A stretch of DNA of 64,000 bases, from contig JBHGNT010000011.1 of the NCBI GenBank assembly GCA_043228905.1, forward strand, positions 15,500,001 to 15,564,000, in the 5' to 3' direction. Within the stretch, counting starts at the first letter, position 1. Every line of letters begins with the position of its first letter. The position numbers and the translations under genes were made by a program. The notes beneath the pieces are model-generated. The model was not told the origin of the DNA. It saw nothing but the letters and a program-made list of their open reading frames with translations, and made no database searches. Shown piece by piece: positions 1-11,443 of the stretch. Origin of the DNA: Azolla caroliniana (lineage: Eukaryota; Plantae; Polypodiophyta).

Positions 1-550
1 TTTCTCAATTCATTATTGTATATGATAGAGAAGAGAGGAGGGAGATCTAGCTTAGGTTAAAAGGAGACAAAACTAGGGACTCAAGAAGAATAGGTAAAAA
101 GTCACGAAAGTAATTTTTATGGCTCATTTACAAAAAGGTTGTCCCCTTCACATAGGGGCATCTATTTGGTTTAAAGTTGTAGAGTTGATTTTGTTCTATC
201 CCCCTTTTTCTTGGTTGTGTACTTAGTGTAGTATTGACGTTGATGTCTTCATGGATCATGTTATGTATGCCATGTACTTAACACATACAAACATCCCAAC
301 ATTGGCTATAACATTGACAACTAAGGGGGCTCCCATATTACACTCGAGGACCACTTAATGATCAGGTGCTTCAACCACACCACCACACCTAATGACAACA
401 GCACTAACACCATTTTCAACATGCCCCGTGACACTTGCATCAACACTCAGCCAAAGGACCTCCCCAAACCCATTACATTGCATATGCCTTCCTTTTATAA
501 CCACATTCCCCAATTGTAGTAGGCTACCAACACACTTTTCCTATGCATCC

Positions 551-924
551 TGTTAGGAAACATGTCCCTCCGGATGGGAAGTGAGAAGAACAGTGTTGAT
601 GAGCAAACTCGGTCGAGGCCAAAACCGGATGTGGAGTACCCGGCAACGGAAGACCCGGTGAGAATCGGATGTGGAGTACCCGGCAATGGAAGACCCGGTG
701 AGAACCGGATGACGAAGTACCCGGCAAAAGCCGGATGGCGAAGGCCCGGTGAGAAGTGCTCACCGGATGAAGGGACATATTCGTAAATATGTTTTCTGAG
801 AGTCCATCGGGGCTATATTTGTAAATAGCCGAAAAGTCATATTGGTATAAATATGACTTAGGGCAAACTTAGTGGTGTTGTTGTTGTCATTCTTGTTGGT
901 GCAAGATTAGAGTGCGTAACTGTG

Positions 925-973
<49 letters not shown>

Positions 974-1260
974 AGGGAGAGAGAGGAAGAGGTCGTTGCC
1001 TCTGTTGTAACCGCCGTCTGTGGCAAAGACAGCAAGCTCGAGGTCATTGCCTCGGTGCTTTACTATTGTACATTGTGATATAGTGATAGTTTGCAGTCTG
1101 TGGGCTGCCGTGGTTTTTCCCTAGTTTGGGTTTTCCACATTAACATCTTGTGTACTCTTCTTCTCTTCACTGTGTCGTGCGTTCATTACCCGTTTTCTGT
1201 GTTTGATCCTAGGCTCGGTTGTGGCCAATCGTTGTTCATCGGGAGCATGTATTCTTGTCA
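551..1260 (+). mobile_element. Solo LTR (710 bp, probably Copia-type) with 5-bp TSD CATCC
   Basis: Begins TG (551) and ends CA (1260). CATCC flanks both sides (546-550, 1261-1265). Internal TATAAA near 847, a (GA)n tract, three ~40-bp tandem units (625, 665, 705) and a GGTTTTTCCC...GGGTTTTCCAC motif common in plant LTRs. No internal coding region. Confidence 0.85.
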
Positions 1261-1265
1261 CATCC

Positions 1266-2700
1266 ATCATATGGAAGAAAGCATTTCATTGCTCTTTCCC
1301 AAGTATTGAGATGAGGTTGATCCCTAAGAAATCCTCAACGCCTTCCTCACTACATAAAAAGCTTAGTGCCTAAAAGTATAATTCCAAATTATAGATTTAA
1401 TAGAAACCATTATAAAGTACATTGTCTTCCTACAATGATAAATGCTACTAGTGGGAAAGATGGAGCTACATAAATTGGTATCCCCTCATCAATTATAGGG
1501 CTACATTTTCAAACCACATAATAAGATAGGAAGAATTTAATGGCTTTGATTGGTAGGTGTTGTGGAATTGTAAGCCATGTGTTCCTTCTAGCGCAACAAG
1601 GATTATCTTTGGCCAAAATGTTTGATGGCCCAAATCACTAACATAAGAAGGGAACCCAAGTCAAGGAAATTGGTCACCTGAGCTGACGAATAATAGGGTT
1701 GATATAGGAGAATCACATACCCGTTGCTTACCTTCAGTCGCATTGGGAGAACCATGATTTGAACCTTAGAGTTAGAGTTTTACTCAAGTGGAAGTTGTTG
1801 CTTGAGCTTGGTGCACATGGGTCCAAAGGACCACACAAGTTTCAACAATAATGGCCTCGTTCAAAGTGTTGTGCTATTACTCAATGTTGAGACTCTTTTT
1901 GGTAACTTCCTCTAAATTGATGAAGTATGCTATTTTCCACATTTCGGGATTCCATGATTTACTCTAAATAATAGGTGGTAGGCTTGAACACTTTAGCTTG
2001 TTAGGTTTGTTGTTGACCAACAATCACTTTTGGCTTAAATGGGTAACATTTCTAATTAAAGGCACCTTTATTTGGTAACCTAGCCGAGACCCTAGATATA
2101 TATGTAATGGCCCTCCGGACATGTTTATAAACGAATGAGACAAGGAACAATAATTTAATACTTTTGAGAATATAAGTTAATTCTCGTATTTAAACACATT
2201 TACCTAATTACTTAAGGTGTTCGAAGGATCATGAAAGGAAAGGTTTTGACATGCGATTATAGTTCATTGAGCACTCCATAAACACAATCAAGAGTGGTTG
2301 ATACCATCTCTATCCCATCTCGCCAACAATAAGGTATTATTCCACTCAATTTCCATAACAATGAATTGCGGAGGTTAACTCTCATCGTAGGTTAACTCCA
2401 TGAAGTTGTACATTGCGTGTGTGGGTCCCACAAAGGTGTGCTTTGTAGAAATCTCCGCAAATGTGCAAACCCAACATGAAAGGCATATACTCTGCTACTT
2501 GTTTGAGGTGCTATGACGAAAGGAGGAGTAGCATCGGATTGGATTTATCCCCGCAACAATTGCTCGAGGTTGGTGTTAATGCATTATGTACAAGGTCAAG
2601 CCACAACCAAGGAACTCTACCCAACAAGAGGGAGGGAAAGAACTTTTTGTTCCCAAATTGTGTGACTTTCAAAAAAAACTAAATATACATTTACATAAAA
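1266..2700 (-). mobile_element. Possible highly degenerate retroelement (gag-like) remnant, host of the solo LTR
   Basis: No intact ORF. Only eroded zinc-knuckle-like traces on the minus strand near 1490-1620. Confidence 0.2.
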
Positions 2701-2767
2701 TCCCAACTATACCCCCACCACCCAACACACACACACATGACCCCAACATCACACAATAAAAAATGCA

Positions 2768-3228
2768 ACTATACATGGGTACACATTCACATTAATGTAC
2801 TCTTGAGAGCACATATCAATGAAGACACACACACACACAAATGAAGCCTTTAGCGAAAGAAAACTAGCAAGCGCGTTAGGAAAGGACCAACGAAGAAGCT
2901 AACAAAATTTGTGGAATGAACTAAAGGAATAGACTAGCAAAGAGCCACAAACAACAAAGTAAATTTCTTATTGTGGAATGAAGAAGCTAACAAAATTTGT
3001 GGAATGAACTAAAGGAATAGACTATACATGGGTACACATTCACATTAATGTACTCTTGAGAGCACATATCAATGAAGACACACACACACACAAATGAAGC
3101 CTTTAGCGAAAGAAAACTAGCAAGCGCGTTAGGAAAGGACCAACGAAGAAGCTAACAAAATTTGTGGAATGAACTAAAGGAATAGACTAGCAAAGAGCCA
3201 CAAACAACAAAGTAAATTTCTTATTGTG
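2768..3228. repeat. Recent near-tandem duplication of 208 bp
   Basis: 2768-2975 matches 3021-3228. The 45-bp spacer is itself a partial copy of the unit. Confidence 0.9.
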
Positions 3229-4401
3229 TTTTTTGGAGTTCCCTTCTACAACATAGTACATTGCTCCACTAGACATACTCCATTCATTCTTTGGATACAT
3301 AGTTCGTCATTGTCATTAAGCAATATGCTTGAGGATTTAGAAGTCTTGAAGAATCTTCTTGAGGATCACAAGTCCTCTTCCATATCAACATCTCTTGATG
3401 CCAACTCGTGGTCTTTTTTTCACAATCATACAAGTCTCTGTGAAACATCTCTTACCAAATATCAATGAATACTAATCGACTAACCATAAGAATTGAAACC
3501 TCGTTTCTCAAGAACTCTCCTGCAGCACAAGGAACATGCAACTAGGATATATTACTCATTTGTCTTCCTTTGCCGTGCATATCATCCCTCTACTCTTTTC
3601 ATAAAGCATTATCGTCATGTGTTCATTTGGTAGCAATGAGATTCTGGTGCCATTTGGTAGCAATCCAAATACAATCGACCATACATAGATACCTTTTAAC
3701 TTGGTTTTTTGCAGTTCTTGGTATCGACACAGATGAATACTTGTTATCTCCAAGCAACCATATTAGGAAAGAACTACCTTTAGAATTGTTAGAAGAAACA
3801 AAATGATCATGGTACTACAAGTGATGAATCAATGTTAGATCTGCAAGTCATCGTTTGATGAAATTTGACATGTCAAATGACAATAATAATGTATGGCAAT
3901 ATAATTCTGCTCTGATCACCATAAATCATAAAAAAGACAAAAAAAACACAATATTCAAGCGAAATTGTTAAAGAAACTACAGTTTGCTTTTTATCAACCT
4001 ACAGCATAGAAACTTGATAAACAGGGATCTGGTACTTTATCCAAATTCAATGCTGAGACCTACATCTACCATGCAATAATTAAGGTCATGTAACCTCTAT
4101 GAGTTTAGACATTGCACAGCAGTAAGAGCCAACTCAAAGAGTATAAAAGAAATTGAAATAAAATCTAGATATTATAAAAGTACATGGCCAATCAGCAATG
4201 TGATTCTCATCTTTGAGATGGCAAGTGTAATAGTTAATTTCTGGTAATTGATTTCTTTGGGAATTTTTACCACTAGCTCAATTGACAGTAGCCACAAGGC
4301 TTATGTTCAATGTAGACCATCTTAACAATAGAATGTGCGTTCACAAGTTCTTTAATATTTGACAGTTACCGAGAATAGGTCTGAAGAAGAATATTCCCTA
4401 A

Positions 4402-6995
4402 CTACAAACTGTCACATCCAGGCTTGTACTCGCCAATTCCTAAAAGGTCCTGCAAACCAAGGATATTTCAATTCAGACCCCTACCCTATATCAGAGATTT
4501 TACTTAAGATTGCATTTTCTAACCATTTTACCTTCTCTCCTTGATTGCAACTGAAAAGCTAGTATATGTTCAACTAAAGAATACCTGGCATGATCTTGTC
4601 TTGGCTCTTGTTTCAGCCGTACTAGCTATATCATGGTTTGGCTTTGAGAATTTTTTCTCCCCACGATCACAAGAACCCCATCCATCAGCATACCTTCCAG
4701 ACCTGAAGATTTGCGGGACTAAATCTTTTTTAAAAATATTTTTTGCAAATATTATCTTTGAATTCTTACGTACTTACTGCATGTTTGCTCGGATAACAAA
4801 TTCAGCTCTCAGTACATTATTGTTTTCATCAAACTGTATTTTCCTGTCTCTTATTTCAAAAGAAACGTTGAAGAAGAATGCAATTTTCCTCCAGCCTACA
4901 AAATAACAGATTCTATTACATAATATAACACAGACTTGCACATAATCCTGTTGAAATTCTTTAAAATGTGGCTCACCACTTTTCTTTATAAAAGGTTTTC
5001 CTTGCAGCATCACAAAATCTCCTTTATCCAAAATCTGGAAAAGTATTGAGACCACTTCTTACTATAAGTTATATTGCATAGAGCAGGTTCTAATATGCTG
5101 TTAGTATCTTGAATATCAGACAAATATAAAAATATAGAATTTTATAATTTAGTGATAGCATTCTTTGTTCGTCAAATGAAGAACTGATTAAAGCACAAGT
5201 GCAAGTACATTATCTATACTCTAGCCACATCACAGCCTTTACCATCATAAAAGCATCCCCAATCTTCTTGTGAAGGCTGAGGCTTCCTGGGAGTTCCATC
5301 ATTGTTCATACTCAAGTCAATATACACACATTCAGATACCAATGTCAATCCAAAACAATGCATGAGAGTGGGATTGGATATTGTGTCCAAAACAAGTAAA
5401 CATTGGCACAAATTCAGATACAATGTCAATTTGAAAACAATTTATAGGAGTTGATATGTGTACCCTATTACAAAACTTTGCCAAAAACTCTCCCATGCAT
5501 GAAATATTGGTTCTTTTACTAAGGACTGCAGTTAGTCACTGCATGCTTAGAGAAGAACCATCAAATAGACTAACATTCTTTGTTTATGGGTGGTAGCAAA
5601 AGAAAAAGGCTCGACAACCTCAATTTCTAATTGGCAAGCTATGGCATCAGAATATATTCTGAATTCCCAACACAAGGAAACTGGAAAGAAACAGTAATCT
5701 GAGCTATTATTGTTATTTGTGAGCTACAGATTTAAATCTTTATCTCACCATTTAAATATTTGACGATTTACGAATGCAAATGAAATACATGCTTTCCAAC
5801 AAGAGTAACAGATCATCAGATCAGTGTTCTGCATCAATTTTTTTTCCAGCCAGTAGAATGGGTGTACTGTTCTTATCAGATGATATAAATAACTATATTA
5901 TTAGGAGCTAAGCAAGGATAGCATAAAGCAATTAGTTATGCAATGGATCATCTCCATATGGGCTTTGCCAGCTCAGTTCAGATGGCTATAATGGTTGAAA
6001 GGATTCTTCATTAACTGACTTACTTTGCCCAGAAATCTCCTTTTCAATCAACAGAGAAACAAAAAGACATCCGAATGAAGAGAGACAAACACACCAAAAC
6101 AAATTACTTCTATGACACAAAGTCTGCGACGCAATGCATTGCATAAACAAAATTAGGTACGTTGAGAAAATTTGAATCTACAATTTGAATCACACTATGA
6201 GTTGCAGTTTTAAAAATATTAAAAACTTACACTCAAAGCTGCATTTTGGATGTGCTTAAACATTGATGCAGATGGAAGACTTTGAATCCATTCATTCGCA
6301 GAAGGGCATTTGGCAGCCATAACCCCATTATCCTGATTGTTTCCTGGGCACAAAATTCCCCCCGGTGTTCTCTCCATTCGCTGACAAGATGATGATTCGT
6401 GAGGAACAATTTGGTTCAATGGAGAACGAGTACATGTATAGGACCTCTGCACCATAGCCAACGCTCGACAATATTAACAAATTATGTAAATATATTTGAA
6501 AAATAAACAGCAAAACATGTCCAAACCATTAAGAATCAATTGCAATATATCCATAAAAAGTGTAGTTCACTCTAATTATATTATAAAGCTATCTTCACCT
6601 ACTAGTATGTCAAATGAACTCACATCTGATAATGCCAATTCATTCTCCCGATGAGACATCTTCATAGGCTGTTGCATCCGTGATTGTTTCTTCATTGTAT
6701 TATTAGAGTTTTCCACCCCAACTTCATACCTATACGGAGATGGAGGACATATGCGGAGAGGCTTAGGTTCATCTTGGAAAGCAATTGCTATTGCTTGTCT
6801 TTTCCTGTCTTTAGAAAACCTTATCTGATCTGTGGTGACCTGAGGAGATGGAGGAAGCTCTGTGACAACAGGGGGTTTTGGCATAAGGAGAGGAGTATAG
6901 CCGTTTCTTCTATGAGCAACAGTCGAGTCTATGAAATCCCAGAGCTCTGCATCATCAAATGAGCTGTCTTCCGTGACAAAAGAAAGGCATGCCAT
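4402..6995 (-). CDS. Conserved uncharacterised plant protein (6 coding exons) with a C-terminal KKSGWRKI...HDIxSTAETRAK domain
   Basis: Exons approx. 6995-6603, 6446-6231, 5034-4977, 4895-4778, 4702-4585, 4449-4402 join in frame with GT-AG borders; the exon1/2 junction is less certain. The C-terminus reads ILDKGDFVMLQGKPFIKKSGWRKIAFFFNVSFEIRDRKIQFDENNNVLRAEFVIRANMQSGRYADGWGSCDRGEKKFSKPNHDIASTAETRAKTRSCQDLLGIGEYK. Confidence 0.8.
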
Positions 6996-9015
6996 ATGCG
7001 AATTCTGACCCCAAAAGGAAAGAAAGAAACGCAAACCCTAAGGCATGAAAACCTCTAACTTTGGTGATATAACTCTCAATGTTACCAAATCCATCAAAGG
7101 AACATGAATTGCTCCCTAAAGTGTGGATTTTTCTTTGTCTTTGGCAACCATCAAATAATATGAATCGGTCACTATGGCATGCAGATTACTTTCTCTGCCG
7201 CAAGCCACTCGTAAGATTTGTGACAGAGAACATCAGAAGAAACATAACCTGAATCATAGGCAATAGAAATATTAATGTCTTGTATGCCGCAAAGAAAAAA
7301 TGTCATAGAGAATGTGAAAGAAGAAAGTATCAATCCCTAAGGCATGAAAACATAAAGAAACGTTTATGGATTGATTCCTAAGGCATGGATATTTCTTTCC
7401 CTGGCACTCGCAAAAATGCAAAAGAGAGGATCCAATCAGCAAGACATATCCCTGTAGACTTGAAAGCATTAAAGAAAGCATGCATATATTCATAAAGGCA
7501 TGAAAAACGTAAAGAATCGTGAACCTAAACGCATACAAATTTTAATTACCTGGTGCAGTTGACGGATGTAACAGAATGCATCAAAAAGAGCAAATATATT
7601 GCTTTTTCTCCTTCAAGAGAAAAAGATAAGAATGCATCAAAGAGTACTGAATTTATAGCATACAAATTTATCCATCTATAGCATGGCAGAAATGCAACAT
7701 AAAACAAAATCATGGAGCATGTTCATTTTTCTGATGCAATATTTAAAGTAAACAAAATTCATCAATCAAACTCGAATATTGAATCGATCTACATACCTGG
7801 TGATATTCTGAGGTGTACAAAGGAGCACTTCCACGATCAACTGCTCTTAGGGAAACACAGAGAAAATCTCTTGCATCTCGATGATAACAATACTAAAACA
7901 CGGAGAAGAACAAAGACAAAGAAGGGATCTGCTGCAGAATTAGGGTTTTCGAGGACGGATCGATAATCGAAACTGTAGGAGATCAAAATCCTGAAGAAGA
8001 AGAAGAAGAAGAAGAAGAAGATCTACGGAAAGGGAGCGAGTTTGTTTTTTAAAAACTTGGATTACCGTTCACATTCATTCAGTTCCCATGCCGTCCGGAC
8101 ACCATCTCAATTTTCCGAGGCGCATACATATATCATATATGTCTCATGTATGTATGTATGTATGTATGTATGTATGTATGTATGTATGTATGTATGTATC
8201 ATGTATGTTAATATCATCTGTCAATCTTGCCTAACTCCCCGATGGATGGCAACCTGCTCGCTCAGATGGTCATTTATTTGTTTGGCCCCGTTCTCGTGTA
8301 ACGACATGTGTGCGTGTGTCGTGTGCTTCTCGAGTGGGGACCATTGGGAGGTGGGCCAGACAGGGGAGCGCACATGATGTTGTGCGAGAAGACTTTTAAA
8401 CCCCCTTCACGGATTTCCTCGAGTAAAATTCCACTTTCTGTGAATATATCAGTATCAGAATTGAAGCTTTGATTCAAGTCGGGGTCAAACTCGAGCCAAT
8501 GATAGCATTGGGCTTGAGTTGAGGAAAGCTTAGGATTGAATTGAGGGAATCCTTCTCTTTTCGCCAATATAGTGATTCAACCTCTCCCCCCCCCCCCCCC
8601 CCCCCCCACCCTTCTCTCTCTATATATCACCATGGAGGCGCTTGAGTAGTTATCCTAGGCTTAGGGCTAAGTATAGTTGTCTATTACAATAAGACAAATA
8701 TTAAGACCCTAAACTCTAATTTCACTAGAAAATTCGCTCTCAATTAGTTAACCTAGGATTAGGGAATCCTTCACCTTCCGTCTACTGCCGTCGTTTGACG
8801 ACTGCCGCCGTCACCGTCACCGTCGTCGTCGCGGGGTGTTTCTTCTCCGTTTTCTCTTGATGTTGTGAAGTGCCATTTTCTTGACGAGTTCGTGGGTGGG
8901 TTCTTTTGGTGTGCTCGTCGCGTACTACAAAATGCCGATGTGATTGCGACATACACACAAACTCGACTAAGTCTCGAACCCATCTATTTTACCTTTTTTT
9001 CTTATTGACACCATA

Positions 9016-9828
9016 ATGACGTCTAAACGAACTAAGGAACATAAGGATATACAAGACGAGGCTATAAGTAAGGAGGACTTTTTAGATATGTTTAATCGTT
9101 TAACAAAAATAGAGATGGATATGAAAAAATGGGTGAAAGACGCCGAAACCCACAAGAAAAAAGATAGAGAGGAAAAAGACGCCCTCAAGGCCGAAATAGA
9201 ACAACTTAAAGTGGAAAACACCGACCTTAAAAAACAACTTAAGGACATCGAGGTATCTCGAGAAGACGGTGAAATATCCTCTATAGAGGATATAAAAGAC
9301 GAAATTAAAAAAGTTAAAGAGGAAGTTAATAATAACATAGAGTTAGCTAAAACGGGTTGGGTAGATGTGGTTAAAAGAAACATTAAAAAAGAAATAAAAT
9401 ATGAAAATATTGTTAATACCACCCTTGAAGAAGAGAAAATGCGTCAGGTCCGACGCTTAAATGTACGCGTCACTGGGCTCAAGGAAGGTGCATCCCCAAA
9501 TGAGGATGCACAAACACTTGGGAAAATGTTAGGGTACACAGAGGCCCTACCTATCACCAAAGCATGGAGGGCCGGGCGTGACACAACTAGGAAGAGAGCC
9601 TTAGTCCTTCAATTTAAAGACTTAGACTCTAGAATCACTTTCTTTAAGAAGAGACCAATCCTTCGAGGAATGGGTGGGGACCCCATCTATCTTGATGAAG
9701 ACCTCACTAAGATGCAAATTGAGCATCGCAAGAGTTGTATGCTACAAGTTATGCAAGCTCGTAAAGAAGGCCATCGCGCCTTTTACCGAGACGGGCGAGT
9801 GATCATAAATGATCGCACTACTAATTGA
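9016..9828 (+). CDS. LINE ORF1 (coiled coil plus RRM/CTD-like, L1-ORF1-type), intact 270 aa
   Basis: N-terminal heptad-rich coiled coil, then RRLNVRVTGLKE, AWRAGR, IYLDEDLT and AFYRDGRVIIN motifs. Lies immediately upstream of ORF2. Confidence 0.8.
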   Translation: MTSKRTKEHKDIQDEAISKEDFLDMFNRLTKIEMDMKKWVKDAETHKKKDREEKDALKAEIEQLKVENTDLKKQLKDIEVSREDGEISSIEDIKDEIKKVKEEVNNNIELAKTGWVDVVKRNIKKEIKYENIVNTTLEEEKMRQVRRLNVRVTGLKEGASPNEDAQTLGKMLGYTEALPITKAWRAGRDTTRKRALVLQFKDLDSRITFFKKRPILRGMGGDPIYLDEDLTKMQIEHRKSCMLQVMQARKEGHRAFYRDGRVIINDRTTN

Positions 9829-9864
9829 CGGTGTGTGGCCCATGTGACAGAAAATGCACTTAGG

Positions 9865-11085
9865 ATGACCTTATGGAATTGTAACGGCGCACTCTAGGCA
9901 CACCCCGGCCGCCTAGAGGAGATACTAAAGGTATCCGATATACTTTTCTTGGTAGAAACACATCAGAGCCCAAATAGAGGACTCCCACGGGTCGAAGGAT
10001 TCCGTTGGGAGTCCGCTTTTAGACAAACCTCACGTCGACACACTACTAGGGGATCTGGAGGTGTCGCGATACTATTTCGTAGAGAGCTACATAATAGGAT
10101 AGAAATAATGAAGATAGACCCAGAAGCTCGTTTTATGTGGGTGAAAGTCTCCACAAGCAAAGACCAGGCAGTATTTTTCGCCATTTGTTACTTTCCCCCA
10201 AAAGGATCCCATTATAATATTGGTGGCTTGGCGAGATTAGTCAATGAAGGAATGTCACATGGGTCTTCTCCGTACGAACCCCTATCGGATGACATAATCC
10301 GATATTCTTCCCAAGGAGAAGTATTTCTTGTAGGAGACTTCAATGCGAGAACCCAATCCCGACAATGCACAGTATTTCAGATGAATAGAAACCTAGAAAT
10401 GGTAAATGTCGATCCTTTAGACATAGGCACCACACGTAGATCAAAGGATCAAGGTGCGGACGCCACGAGCTTTGGCCATCATCTGCTCGAACTTGGCAGT
10501 CGGCACCGGATGGTCATATATAATGGTTTAGCTAAGTGGTCGGGCTCGGAAGAGCTCACATGTTTCCCACATGGAGGAGGGGAAAGCACAATTGATTATC
10601 TAATAGGACGCCTTGAAGCTACCCACATGATTAACTCCTTCCGAGTGGCCCCATGCCCTATTAGCGCAGACCATAGTTTCTTATACTTGAGCTAAAATGT
10701 GATATCTCTAAGGTCACCAAGTCTAGTCAACCATGCCATCACACCACAATACATTTAACACATGAGCTCTCTGACATATACTCTCAACATGTTCAGGCCC
10801 ATCTCCCCTCCCTTGATCCCTCCCTACCGTTAGAAAGCCTTAGTAAGAAACTCACACACATCCTTCACTCCGCAGCAGCTAGCAGTTTCCCATATACAAA
10901 ACACTCAAATCAAGGTAGATCAGGATCAATGCCACAAAATAAATGGTATGATGAGGATTGTAGGGACTTACATAGACAACTTACAGTATCACAACTCAAT
11001 GGTAGTATTACCTCCATACAAGCTCGCAAAGAAATGCGCAAGATGACACGTCGTAAGAGACGAGCGTGGGAGGCATCCCAATATT
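9865..11085 (+). pseudogene. LINE ORF2 5' part (APE endonuclease), disrupted
   Basis: Motifs WNCNG, LVETH, SGGVAI, VGDFNAR, IDY and ADH. Premature TAG at 9895, frameshift near 10690, and cut by the transposon after 11085. Confidence 0.85.
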
Positions 11086-11443
11086 AACACGTTCGTGTTC
11101 ACAAGTGGAAGGATCGCGCATAAATGGAAGGATAAGGGAAATTTTAGGGCTTTTTCAATGATTTTACAAAACACATTGATACCAGTATCATACATGTTCA
11201 AACATACTATGAAAAAGGTTAAAAATCCAATATTTTCGTGATTTAGAAGTAACTAAAAAAAGACGAATTTCAAAAAGATACATTCTCAATTTATATCACA
11301 AACTTTACAACCAATGTTATTTTATAAGAAACGATTTTTTAGAAATCATAAGAATTCAAAACACATGCTTTTATATTACTCGATTTGTTACAAGCGGAAT
11401 GTAGTTACACTTAATAACCAAATATACATTCATGATCACTCCT

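Noticed and set aside
5214-5429. 71-aa ORF within an intron of the first gene
   Set aside because: It ends in a stop and is not needed to join the conserved exons; no recognisable motif.
8967-9422. 151-aa minus-strand ORF and similar antisense ORFs (for example 16384-16731, 13952-14293, 40967-41404)
   Set aside because: They are shadows of real coding frames on the opposite strand.
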